DNA of 64,000 nucleotides, from the NCBI RefSeq assembly GCF_009914755.1, contig NC_060937.1; one strand, given 5' to 3'. Of this stretch, positions 32,973 to 47,386 are shown piece after piece. Source of the stretch: the human T2T-CHM13v2.0 reference genome, Homo sapiens. Made by a program: the position numbers and the translations under genes. The notes beneath the pieces were generated by a model. It was not told the origin of the DNA, did not search any database, and was given only the letters and a program-made list of their open reading frames with translations. The stretch's first letter is position 1; each line of letters begins with the position of its first letter.

Positions 32973-33565
32973 CAAATGTTAATTTCTTTAAAGAAGCATC
33001 ATAAGATCTTAAAGACTCATGAAAAGCAATTTCAGCACAGAGGCCTTCCTTATTTTTATTATATTCCCCTAATCTTCCGTACACTTAATTGAAAGCAAAT
33101 GTTTAAGTCAATTTGCCCTTAGTGAGTCTTTCTAAATCATTCAACTTAGTTTTCAAGAAACAACTTTCTTTTTGTGCTCATTATATTGGTTTACATAATT
33201 TGCTTACATAATCTGTAATTAAATGACTGAATCACAATAACATGTATTACAGGCATAAGCTGATGTAGGGACAAACACCACTCAACTCAAAAGCGTGCAG
33301 CTGAGCAGGAAAACTGCCTGTGGTCACCGGGCCATGGGGATCTGCTGGCACATTTGCTCCATGAGTCAGCTTAGAAGAGGTTGGATGACAGAGCTGGTTC
33401 TGTAGTATGCAAATCCTGGATACAGGCACATGCTCATTCTGATGCGGACTGGCATGCCACCCACAGAAAAGAATAGGAAAAGCAAAATTAGAGCGCGAAA
33501 TGTGACAAGGATCCAAACAAGAAATTTCCCTCAGCCTTTCCCAGCCAAGGAAAATTCCTGCATGA

Positions 33566-34203
<638 letters not shown>

Positions 34204-35799
34204 TCATTCTCAATTTCTCTGTGGTCCTTTCAATCCTGCACAAATTAATACCTCCAGGTATTTTTACAAACAGGCTTCTGAACCCAGAGTGAGTCCTCAC
34301 TTTTAATTCTTGTTTTCCTGACTTAGTAACTTTATCCAGCCCAGGTGTCACCATCATGGGTTCTTCTGTTCATTTGTCCATCAGACCCCCATGGAAAACA
34401 TTGGCCCACCTGTGGATCTCAACAACGCTCCCTCCTGTCTCTCAAGGACACCCTCTTCTAAGGTCTTCACTGCTGGGGTCCTGACCTTCACACACACATT
34501 TGCCACAGGGCATTGTCATTGTCATCATCATCCTCCCTCCGTCCCTCCCAGATGCACGGGCTCCAGAAGCCCGGCAACTCCTCCCTGCTGCACCCTGGTC
34601 AGACAGGCAAGGGCGGGATCAGGTCGCAGGTGCTAAAGGCAAAGCCAAATGTTCATGATCCTGCAGACATTTTAGTTACAGCCTTCAAGGCCACAATGCC
34701 CCCTGGAACGAAACAGGTGACGGTCAAGGCCAAGTCCCTTCCTCTTGGGCATGCACATGAAAACTTGTGACACCTGCCTTTCATCCAAGCCCAGCTAAGG
34801 CTCACAGCACCCCGCTTTCTGGCACACTAGCAAGTTGTTTTGTAAGATGCAGATTTGGGCGGGGCCTATTGTTTGGACTCACAGTATGGGATCCATTTCT
34901 AAATGGCCTGATGATAGCAGAACCACAAAACCAAGAGTGAAGGGATCACTGGAAAGCGTCAATCACTCTAAGGGGGAAAAGGTTTTCCAGGCCTGAGAGT
35001 TGTGGCTGACTTGAATGAAGCTCCTGACATGACATAACGTGACCGTGGTGGGCAGAAAGGGGGACGGACAGGGAGACCCGGAGCACATGGAAAGGGTTGC
35101 CCTAGCAGCAAAACCCGGATCTGCCCATGTGGACTCCGTTCATGGGTGAGAAAGGACCCCCATGGGAGCAAAGGAGCACCCAGCCTGCCTGAAGGCACAC
35201 CCCCTTTATGGGCCGTCAAACCAGATGCCAGATAACATGCAAACCATACAACCACTTCCTCTGCTCTGTCATTGTGATCATCTTCCTTTGGAGTCTGCTT
35301 TAAGAGAGAATATGCTGTTCAGGCCAATGCAAATACTTAGTCTGTGGGACAGCTATATTTTTCATGATAAATTACCAAGATGACACTCACTCTCAGCATG
35401 AATTACCTCGAGGGCTCTGATGAGATGCTTTCTGGACTGGGCAGTGCAAAAGCCAGACCCCAGACCTTTGTAACCCCCACCCCCAGGGTAAATACCTCTG
35501 CGAGACTTCATGAAGGCTGGCCAGCTAGTCCCAGCTGAGGATCCGCGGCAGTGCTGCTCAGCCCTGGCTGTGCACAACATCCGTGCGTAAGAGGATGTGG
35601 ACACCCAGCCTCACCCCAGCCCAGTTAAAATCAGAGTCTTTAAGAAGTGAGCCGGAACAACAGCTTTTCTTAAAAGCTTCCCAGAAGATTCTAGTGAGCA
35701 GCAAAAGTCGAGAACCATGGGCTTAGTGTACCTAACTGATGGAGCCCTCAGATGCTGGAACCTATGTGAACAGTCTTCGGTTTTGTATTAGGCTAATAA

Positions 35800-36060
35800 G
35801 CACTTGTAACATTATTAGTTACCATATACTGAGGGCCTAATATGTGCTAAGCACTGTTATATACTTTCACATTCAGTATGTGAAGACATAAAAACAACTC
35901 TGTACAGTGGCTATTGTTACCCCATTTCAAAATGTTTTATTTTAAGAAAACAGGCTCAGAAAGATTAAGTAACTTGAAACAAAATTTGCACAGCTGATTA
36001 AGCAGAGAAACTAGTATCTAAATCCAGCCTCCGATTCCAAAAGTCTAAGCTTTTCCATTA
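35800..36060 (-). mobile_element. MIR
   Basis: 'actgagggcctaatatgtgctaagcactg...gaaaacaggctcagaaagattaagtaacttg'. Confidence 0.65.
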
Positions 36061-38455
36061 TGTGTGTTGTCTTTTAGCCTTTAATAATTGCAGAAACTAT
36101 GAGTGAGATGTTGGGATCAGTACTACATCTTCCTAAACTTTCATCCGTAGGAAATCCGGATTGGGAAGCCTGCTCCTCCAGAGGCTATCAGCGTGTGGAC
36201 ACCTGCCTGTGCTTAAGAGGTCCAATCATTTATTATCGTAATCTAATTTTGTAGAACATCAAACTAGAGAATAATTTCGGGCTAAATTGCATTTGTGTTT
36301 TAATCAAGAGGCCGACGTTATTGATTATGTAATAAGGCATTCTCTCTGTTTATTTTCATCCTTAAGAAAACAATAACTTCTTCATTAAACTCACTCTGAC
36401 CCTATTTTGGAGACTTATTGCTGTGCCTGAATCCGACAAGACTCATGCATAGAAAAGCAGAATTAGATGCATAAAATACCAAGAGAGAGAGAGAACCTCT
36501 AATTGCAAAAGTAACTCCTGAGGTACAAAGAATCTACGGCATCACCCCGAAAGCACTTGCGGGGAGAAGCCTCCTCTCCTCACACCCCCAAGTGGATGAC
36601 CCTGTGACTGAGTCATTAGAGGGCTGGCCAAGCGAGCTCCTGATTCCATCACTGCTGGAGACTGAAGAGCTTGGCTGAATTATCCAGACACGCTTCGTGT
36701 GGAACCCTGTGAAAGTCCTACATTGCTTATGAAGTTACCATCCTGTTATAAACTGAAGAAGGAGCCCTCAGCAGTCAATGATGAACAGTGTTGAGGGAAG
36801 GTGTCATCTGTCATATCAGTGCAGTGAGAGTCCTCATAAAAACACAGCTGGACATTTTCCTCAGCTTTACAAATCATCTTTCCATTTTGGTGCTCTTGGG
36901 GTTCTCCTCCACTGAACCTTGAAATGCTATTCCCTAGGAGCAATTGAGAAATCCAATGTTTAGCACTGTTTTTTAAGTGTCATAGGAGGTTCATAAAGAT
37001 GTGTTGAGTTAAAGAGATGGGGGAAGGAAGTGCTATAACCTCAGCACCTCGGTAGGGACTTTTTATACCTTCAGTGCATTCATCTTACATAAATCTCACA
37101 ATTCCCAAACAAGGAAATTGAGCTCCAGAGGGTACACAGCTAATAAGTGATGTGGCCAATTTTCAATTCAGCTCTAACCTCAGCCTCATATGATTTCTCT
37201 GTACCACTTAAGAGTATCCCAAGAGAGGACCTCTTGTCTCTCCATAATGACAGGCCCAACCTTCGACCACTCCTCTCCCCGTGTAAGGTCTTGGGTTTGG
37301 CCCCTCCAGAGTCAATTTGACATTCAGCAAATATCCGTTCTGTTTTAGGGCACTGTGCCACATATCTCTGGGGCTGCCAGAGATATGCCCCAGTGTGGCC
37401 CGCCCTCAAGGAGGCTGAGCTCCATAGAGCAGCCCGGCTAGCCAAGCGCCAAGCCCAGCAGATCATGGGCGAGGGAAGAAAGCAACAGCTGCATCTCTGA
37501 CATGACAGAGAGGCCTCGAAGTATGCATAGAACCTAAATACATGGAAACGAGGGCAGGGAAATGGCACGCTCTAAGGCTCGGCAAGCAGAAGAGCTTGGG
37601 CAGTCTGTGCAGGCTCTACACTCCGAGCCTGCGTTCTCCTGGGTCCAGATCCTAGCTTCACCACTTTGTTAACAAGTAAGTTAACCCCTCCACACCTCTA
37701 TGGCCTCATCCATGAAATAAGAACCAATTCGGTCTAACTGCAAGGTGCAGGCCCTTTCCTCTATACCACTTACGAAAGCCTGGAGTTAAGGTGTACCCAC
37801 AAGAGAGCGCACTGTTGTTGTGAGGGTAAGACGAGATCATTCACGTTCAGTGACAAGCCTGATTCCTGGCACTCAGAAAGCTCTCCATCAATATGCTATT
37901 ATTTTGACTATTTGGGGGTACATCAAGCAGTCCAATTTGACCGGAGGATAGAACATGTGTAGAAGTAACTGCCCATCTCCAGCACGTAGCATGTCACTTG
38001 GTACATGTTGGGCGCTCGCTGTAACACAGTCACTTAACCTCTGGAGGAAGGGTTAAGTGAGACGATGCACTCGAAAGCATCTGGTATGATGCCTGGCACG
38101 TGGCGGGTGGTCAGTAAATGCTCTGTGAATCTGAGTTCCTCTAGGGTCAACCCCAAGCCTTCTAGTCTTTTGGAAGCAAGACAGTACAAGTTTAGTGTTT
38201 CCCAAACTGGAATCTAACAAACATGTATATTCCCTGGGATGCTACTAGTGTTCCATAGCAATAACAACAAAAATCAGTGCCTAAATATACTCCCTTCCAA
38301 AACATAATACCAGTAATCCAAGAAAACACTCAACATGCCTACATAGTCATCCTTATTACTTTTCAATAAAGTGAGTTAAGACATGAAAAATCATAGCAGA
38401 TAAAATAGTATGGTCCCAAGAACAGAATCAGACAGACCGATAAAACTGAAGAGAG

Positions 38456-38793
<338 letters not shown>

Positions 38794-39091
38794 TTACAAA
38801 TCATATGGGATTTCAGTACATGACAGAGATAGCATTTCACACCAGTGGGGGAGAGGTTTTATTTGATGAATGACATTGGAACAACTGGCTAGCTGTTTGA
38901 TTTCCTCTTTCACTCCTTTCATCAAATTTTCTGTGAGGTGCACACAAAACAGATGTAATAATTTTTAAGTCACTTAAAAAACAAACCCAATGACTATTCA
39001 ATTTTGCATTCAACAAAAAACTCGCGATGTTGAAGTCATAGAAGTAAAGCGACTCGTGTTTGGGATTCCCACTGAAGCAGCCCCTGCCTCA

Positions 39092-39254
39092 TTCTCCACC
39101 TCCAACTCATTCCCACTTCAGGACTTCTCCACCTCCAACTCATTCCCACTTCAGGACTTCTCCACCTCCAACTCATTCCCACTTCAGGACTTCTCCACCT
39201 CCAACTCATTCCCACTTCAGGACTTCTCCACCTCCAACTCATTCCCACTTCAGG
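39092..39254. repeat. minisatellite, ~5 identical 33-bp units (TTCTCCACCTCCAACTCATTCCCACTTCAGGAC)
   Basis: Units start at 39092, 39125, 39158, 39191, 39224; embedded in an L2 3' end (~39070-39590). Confidence 0.97.
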
Positions 39255-39606
39255 GCTTGTGCACTTGCACCCCTGTGCCCAGGACAATCCCCGCCTAGCT
39301 CCTGCACGCTCACGCTTTCTCATTCTGCAAGTCCCACCCAAGGGTTGCCTCTTCAGAGAGGCCTTCCCTGGTCACCCAGTCTATAGCAGGCCTCCCCAGC
39401 ATGGCCATCCTAGCACGTGGCCTTGTTCATTCCCTTCATACCTACCACGCCACCTAGTAAATTCATCATTTGCCCCAGTAGGTCAGTTCCATGAGGGCAG
39501 GTGTCTCATTCCCTTCCTTATTGCCTGCAATAATGCTGAGCACAAATTAGGTGCCCAATAAATATTTATTCAATGAATCAATGAATTAATGGCCTTCTTA
39601 TTTTAA

Positions 39607-40035
<429 letters not shown>

Positions 40036-40697
40036 CATTTATATCTTAAGTTAAAAAAATTTTGCTGGAGCACTACATTCATGTCTCTTTGGAAATGCAC
40101 TGATTTGTAACTTCAGCAACTAATATGTTGGCTGATTCTATTTAATACTTCGACACCAAAAGATGACAGAGATTGCTTCCAAACCGCACTTTCTTTACTG
40201 ACTCTCATGTATCCCTAACCTGCCAGTCCCACATTCAGGAGTTCATGGTGAAAGCCACAGGCAAGGGAGCCTCCCAACCAGTGTTCTGTCTAGAAAAGTT
40301 GCAGTGCTCATGTGTGCATGCGTGCACGTGTGTGTGTGTATTGCTTACTATATGCAAGGTAATGCACCCTCTCCCTGCTTCTATTTTCTGTGCCCATTGC
40401 AGCATCAGACCCAGGGACACTTACCTGCAGGTAGAATAATGGCATATGACCGTGAAACATCCTTACACAATGTGACCAAGGCCAGCATCTAAACCTGCTC
40501 CCAACACCTTTGACTGGTGGCACCTCCACAGCCTGGAATCCCTTCCCCGGTCTTTACTTCTTTCCTCAGTGCATTCTGTCCTGGCCCTTTTTATAACAGA
40601 TATGCCCGAAAAGCTTTTACTAAATAAATATCCTCACGTGCTCTTTAGATCACAGGTCTCCTCCACGAGGTCCACTAGAGAAGAAATGTGGCACTGA

Positions 40698-41230
40698 GTG
40701 TGGCAGCAGCAATCTTTCTTCCAGGCCACCTGTTCTTGCAGTGACCCTGACATCCCTTCCACCATGTCATGGCATACTTGTCCTTGGGTCTGGGCAGACC
40801 TTTGGGGCTGCCTTGACCAACCTACTGTGACAGATGTACTGCTATGTGACTTTGGAGGGGAGATCATAAAAGTGCCTTGCGCTTCTGCCTTGCTCATGCA
40901 GGATTCCAGCCGCCATACTGTGAGGAAGCCCAAGTTATCCCATGTGGACAGATCACATGGAGAGGTATGTGTGAGACCACAGGCATAGGTAGTCTAGCCA
41001 ACAGCTCAGACGAGATCCCAGCTGACAACCCACATCAACCTTCAGATGACCTGGACCCTAGCTATCGGGCTGTTCCCAGCCTTCGAGTCTTCTTACTTGG
41101 GGCCATGGATATTGAGGAGCGGAGACAAGCTGTTCCTGCTGTGTCCTGAACCAGAAAATTTATGAACATAGTAAAATGGTTATCATACACCATTAAATTT
41201 TAGTTTTTTAGGCAGCAATATTATGTGGAA
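40698..41230 (+). mobile_element. MLT1 (F/G/H-like) MaLR LTR
   Basis: 'cagccgccatactgtgaggaagcccaag', 'gagcggagacaagctgttcctgctgtgtcctg'. Confidence 0.75.
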
Positions 41231-41324
41231 AAATGATTTCAGTTCACAATCCCAGTTCCTAATTTCAAGATGCAGTCTAGATGTCCTATGAAACATCATG
41301 CTTTTATTTTTTTCTTTTAAATAT

Positions 41325-41683
41325 TTATTTTTATTTTTCCATAAGTTATTGGGGTACAGGTGGTATTTGGTTATATAAGTTCTTCAGTGGTGATTTGTGA
41401 GATTTTGGTGTACCCATCACCCAAGCAGTATACACTGCATCATATTAGTAGTCTTTTATCCCTTGGCCTCTCCCACTCTTCCCCACAAGTCCCCAAAGTC
41501 CATTGTATCATTCTTATGCCTTTGTGCCCTCATAGCTTAGCTCCCACATATCGGTGAGAACATAGGACATTTGGTTTTCCATTCCTGAGTTACTTCACTT
41601 AGAATAATAGTCTCCAATCTCATCCAGGTCACTGCAAATGCTGTTAATTCATTCCTTTTTATGGCTGAGTAGTATTCCATCAT
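41325..41683 (-). mobile_element. L1PB 3' end (short 5'-truncated insertion)
   Basis: Antisense 'ttttccataagttattggggtacaggtggtatttgg...catagcttagctcccac...ttccattcctgagttacttcacttagaataat'. Confidence 0.9.
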
Positions 41684-41698
41684 ATATATGGATATATA

Positions 41699-41923
41699 TG
41701 GATGAGATTGGAGACTATTATTCCAAGTGAAGTAACTCAGGAATGGAAAACCAAATGTCCTATATTCTCACCGATACATGGGAGCTAAGCTATGAGGACA
41801 CAAAGGCATAAGAATGATACAATGGGCTTTGAGGACTTGTGGGGAAGAGTGAGAGGGAGCAAGGGATAAAAGACTACAAATATGGTGCAGTGTATACTGC
41901 TTGGGTGATGGGTACACCAAAAT
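41699..41923 (+). repeat. inverted copy of L1PB segment 41402-41626
   Basis: 225 bp with 13 mismatches to the reverse complement of 41402-41626 by manual alignment. Confidence 0.95.
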
Positions 41924-42235
41924 ATATATATATATGATGGATATATATATATATATATGATGGATATATATATATATATGATGGATATATATATATGATG
42001 GATATATATATGATGGATATATATATGATGGATATATATATGATGGATATATATATATGATGGATATATATATGTGTGTGTGTGTATATGACGGATATAT
42101 ATGTGTATATATATGATGGATTATATATATGTATATACATGTTGGAGATATATATATGGAGATATATATATATACACATACACACATATATATGGATATA
42201 TATATACACACATATATATATATATGGATATATGG
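41921..42235. repeat. (TA)n / (TATATGATGGA)n AT-rich microsatellite
   Basis: Direct reading. Confidence 0.95.
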
Positions 42236-42254
42236 AATAAACCATAGCCATGGG

Positions 42255-42675
42255 CTATTATACATTTTCCCCTCCAAAATTAAGGTATCAAGTTAATCCC
42301 CAATGTGGCAGTATCGAGAGGTGGGGCCTTTTAAGAGGTGATCAGATCATGAGAGCTCTGCCCTCACGAAAGGGTTAATCCATTCATGGGTTAATGGGTT
42401 ATCACAGGAGTGGGACTGGTGGCTTAATAAGAAGAGGAAGAGCGACCTGAGCTAGCATGTGAGCACCCACAGCCCCCCACCAAGTAAGTGCCCCTCACCA
42501 GGTGGTGCCCTTTGCTGCCTCAGGACCTGAGTCCCTGCCAGCAAGAAGGCTCTCACCAGAGGTACCCCCTTGACCTTGGACTTCCCAGCCTCCAGCCCCG
42601 TAAGAAACAAATTTCATTTCTTACAAATTACCCCTTTCAGATATTCTATTCTAAGGAATAGAAAATGGACTCATA
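42255..42675 (+). mobile_element. MST (MSTC/D-like) MaLR solo LTR
   Basis: 'ttaatccccaatgtggcagtatcgagaggtggggcctttt...agaaggctctcaccag...ttgaccttggacttcccagcctccag'. Confidence 0.85.
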
Positions 42676-43399
42676 TGTCCACCAAATAAATAACCAATGT
42701 ATGGAAAATTATACATCCATTAAGATGGATTCTAATGACATGGGGATGTAGTCATGCATTTACTTAATGTATTTTCCCCGAGCAACCCTCCATGTATGAG
42801 GAAAAAAAGCACAGTGGCTTTGGGAGTCAGAGGGCTTCCTGGGGCTGATTAGGAGGGAGCGGCTCACTGCTACATGGCTGGAACACACAGGACAGATGGA
42901 GGGAATGCAAATAAGAAGGCTTGCATTTCCTCCACACAAAAGTGATTTTTAAAAGGCAGCAAATTTAGAAAATCTGAAAAAGAAAAAAAAAATGATTAGG
43001 AGGAAACCTCATCACCTCCCCAACCAGCAAGAATCCCCAGAGATAATGTGTGTGGAAGAAGGAGGTGCTGGCAGTGGGGCCAGACTTCCCACCCGAGTGG
43101 GATGGGTTTGAGCCCTTTCTATGCATATGTCACAGGCCTGGTGCTTTCATCAGGACGGAGGGCTGGGGACACCCGGACACACACACTCGAGGGAAATTTA
43201 CCAGCATGTCAGCACTGGCTGTCTGAGTTAATTACAGTTGCATTTTTTTTCTTTATATCTTGTGTGTTCTAAATTATCTCTAATGAGATGTTTCTACCAC
43301 ACCAGGGAGAAAAAAGCAATGACAGGGACTGTAAAATAAAATTTAAATACCAGACCCTACAAACATGGAATGTGCAAAGGGCTGCAACTCCCTGCCTTC

Positions 43400-46070
43400 C
43401 CTCCCTTCACTTGCTCCCTGCTCCCCTTCCCAGGCAGCTCCTGGAAGGAGTGGTCAGCCCAGCCCTCCATTTCCTCTTGCCCACGCAGTCACATCTCTGC
43501 AATCTAGCTTGCGCTTCGCACCCCCACCCCCAGATCAACTGTGACCTCATTGTCAAATCCAAGGGACATGTTTTTATCCTTATCCTGCGTGGCTGTCCAT
43601 CATCTGACCCTGTGGGCTACTCTCTTCCGGGTCTCTCCCTGCTGCCTTTTCTGTCTGCCTTGTGGGTTTCCTACTTGCACCTCCTCCGTGTTCCCCAGGA
43701 CACCATCAGGGCCCCCTGTACACCTTAATCTACACACACTTCCTCTTCTAAATTAATGGTTTCAAATAGCAATGCCACACTAATGACTCCCAAGCCCATG
43801 GTTAGCGCTGCCCTCCCTGAACTCTTGCTCCACGTGTCTAACCACCTGCTGGGCATCTCCAGCAGGAGATAAGCTGAAGCTTGAGACATAAGCTGAAACC
43901 TGAAGGATGGCTGGGTTTTGAAACTAAGAAGTTGGGGTGGGGTGGGAGTGCTCCAGGCAGGAGAAATGACACGTGCACATGTTCAGTGGGGAGAAGGCTC
44001 ACGCACATTGCCTTCCAGGGACTCAATCCAGCAGGAGCTCACTAAGTTCAAGATCAAACATTACCATTCCCCAATAGGAATTCATCCTCCCCTGTTCTCT
44101 AGGTGTAGGTGCTATTAACTAGTCACCCAAGCCAGAAATGAGAAGTCCAGTTACCCACTCGTTCATGTATTCATTTGCTATTCCTTAGGCACATGCAGAC
44201 AAGATGCACACATTGCTCACAGCCCTGCCCTCACAATGCGGAATCCACTGAGGTAGGGAGGCTGTCTGCTGGTGGTGGTGTGAGGTCATGAGCTGGCAGC
44301 CGGGTCAACAGGCAGTCACATCTCAGTGTGGAGGTGCTGGGACGGAGGAAGTGCTGGGGCTGTGGAAACACTCAGGAGGGAATCAGGAAAGACTTCCTGA
44401 GGTGGCGACATAAGCTGAAACCTGAAGGATGGCTGGGTTTTCAAAGTAAGAAGTTGGGGTGGGGTGGGAGCTTTCCAGGCAGGAGAAATGACACATGCAC
44501 ATGGTTTAGCAGGGAGAGGGCTCATGCACAATGCATTCCAGGGACTGAGTCAGTATGGCAGATGCCCAGATTGTAGACAGGGTGAGGGTGTGTGTGCCTG
44601 AGAGAGACGAGACAGAGAGACCAAGAGACAGAGTGACAGAGGTGTTTAGGAGCTGAGCTCTCAGGGACCTGGTTAAAGAAAATGGATTTTGCTCAGAGGA
44701 ACATGGAGTCACTGCAGTGTCTTAAGCCAGAGAGTTCTTTCAGCATCTATTCAATAAATGTGTACACTTTAAAAAGAGCCCTCAAATTTCACTGTGAGAA
44801 TGTGTTTGTAAAGGCCAAGCCTGCAGGCAGAAAGGTTGAGCAGGAGGCCCAGGTGACTAGCCTCACCAGGGCAATGGACGAGAGGTAAGACAGGTTCAGG
44901 AGAGTTTGCAGAGCCAGTCCTACTAACAGAACTTGCTCAATGTCTGAATGTCTGTGCAGGAGGAAGATGAAGGACTGAAGGAAGGTTTCCAGCCAATGAC
45001 AGGTGCACATGGGTGGATGATGGCACCGTGCAGGGTGAGGGAAGCTGCAGGAAGGTCAGTGTTGGGGCAGGAAGTAGGTAGAGCAAGTTGAGTCTGGGGT
45101 GTCTGTGTCATAACTGGGTAAAACTGCACAGGGGACACAGCTGGAGACACAGGCCTGGGACCTGGGAGATCTGGGCTAGAGATAAAGGTTTGGTAGGCAC
45201 TGTTATCCGATGATAACTGAAGCCATGGGAGCAGACATGGTTGTTTCAGAAGAGTCTAAACAAAGCAAACTGCCTAGAACAGAGCCCTGCAGAACATCAA
45301 CTTTTGTGGTTAAGAGCAGACTCCCTCCTGCTTACTTCCATGGCAAACTCTCCACCACGCCCTAGACTGCCCTCAGTACCTGGAGTCCCGAGCCCCCACC
45401 TCCAACCCCAGTGCCTTCACCTTGTCCAGGTTCCTGTCCCTTCTCAATGGGATTCCTACTACCTTCTCAGGGGTCTTTCTCTTCCAGTCAGGCTCTCCTC
45501 TCCAATCTACCTCCTCCGCTGCCACTGAAATGACCTTACCAAAATGTCATCGTGAGAAATCAGTCATTAACATTCCTCAAAAGTTCCCTATGTCCATTTT
45601 AGGAAAATCCAGACTCCTTACCTGGATAAAAAGGGCCCTTGGGGATTAGAATCCTCCTTTTCTCACCAAATATTGCCAAGTGTACTGCAGCCACATGAAA
45701 GCTGTACTTCCCAGACGTGTGATGCTTGTGTGTGCCACCATGCCTTCTCATGGACTGTTTTCTTGAAACCCAGAATGCCGCCCGCCTCCACCCTCTCTTT
45801 GATCTAAATAACCCTGACTTCTTGGAAGCTCAGTTCACGTGCTATTTCCCCTGAGGCCTTTTCTGCTCAGCAATATGATTTAGATGCCTTTTCCCGGTGT
45901 TCCTGCATCATCTTATTTATGCTCCCATTATGGCTCTCAACACTTTGTATCCCTGCAACTCATTACTGATTTGTGTTTCCTTCACCAAACTGCATATACA
46001 AAATCTCACTCAACTTGCTGTTCTTGGTAATTGAATGCAGTAGGCACTCAATAAATATGTGCTGAATGAA
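43400..46070. mobile_element. cluster of L2 fragments in alternating orientation (+ ~43400-44150, - ~44155-45310, + ~45330-46070)
   Basis: L2 motifs 'gacctcattgtcaaatccaaggg', 'aatcaggaaagacttcctgagg', 'gtaggcactcaataaatatgtgctgaatgaa'. Confidence 0.7.
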
Positions 46071-46695
46071 CAGATAATTACTAACATTTACGGAGCACTT
46101 TCAACTAAATGCTCACTCATGGAATCCTCCTAACACTGAGCTAAGCAGGCATCCATAACGCTCTCTGTTTCATAGATAAGGACACTGAGGCGCGGGTGCC
46201 CAGGATAACACCCGGAGTGGGGCTGGGGCATGAAGGTGATCTGCCTCTAGAACCTGCACTCCTAACCACAGCAGGCTTCCTCTGGTAACTCCTTTCTCTG
46301 AACCCAAAGGACATTTTACATAGATTTTGTCTAGCCTTTAACAACAAAAACTCCTCTTCTACATCGGAAAGCGCCATGAGAATGGAAATTGCCTTAGGCA
46401 TCTTTACATTCCTTGCAACAACTGATAACGATGCTCTTCACATAACGCATGTTCAATAAATATCTGGGTAATTACAGTTGGGTTTTAGCATATTTCTAGA
46501 TGACACTATTTGGGGAATTATTGCCACAAACTGTGTGAGGTTAAGTTTCTCAGTTGAGTTTCACGTCTTTCAAGATGGTATTACTTTAGCCATTTTACAA
46601 ATGGGAAATGTGGGCTTAGGAGGGCTATGCAACTTGTTCAAGGTCATGAGGCTGTGAAGAGCTGGCTCACTGCCTACTTAAAGTGTGTATGCTTA

Positions 46696-47386
<691 letters not shown>

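Noticed and set aside
38990-39386. ORFs with 11-aa repeats (FSTSNSFPLQD, SPEVGMSWRWR)
   Set aside because: Consequence of the 33-bp VNTR within an L2
41768-42277. 169- and 125-aa Y/I-rich ORFs
   Set aside because: Translation of the (TA)n-based microsatellite plus antisense L1
42495-42510. CTCF-like motif tcaccaggtggtgc
   Set aside because: Mismatches at informative positions and located inside an MST LTR; unsupported without ChIP data
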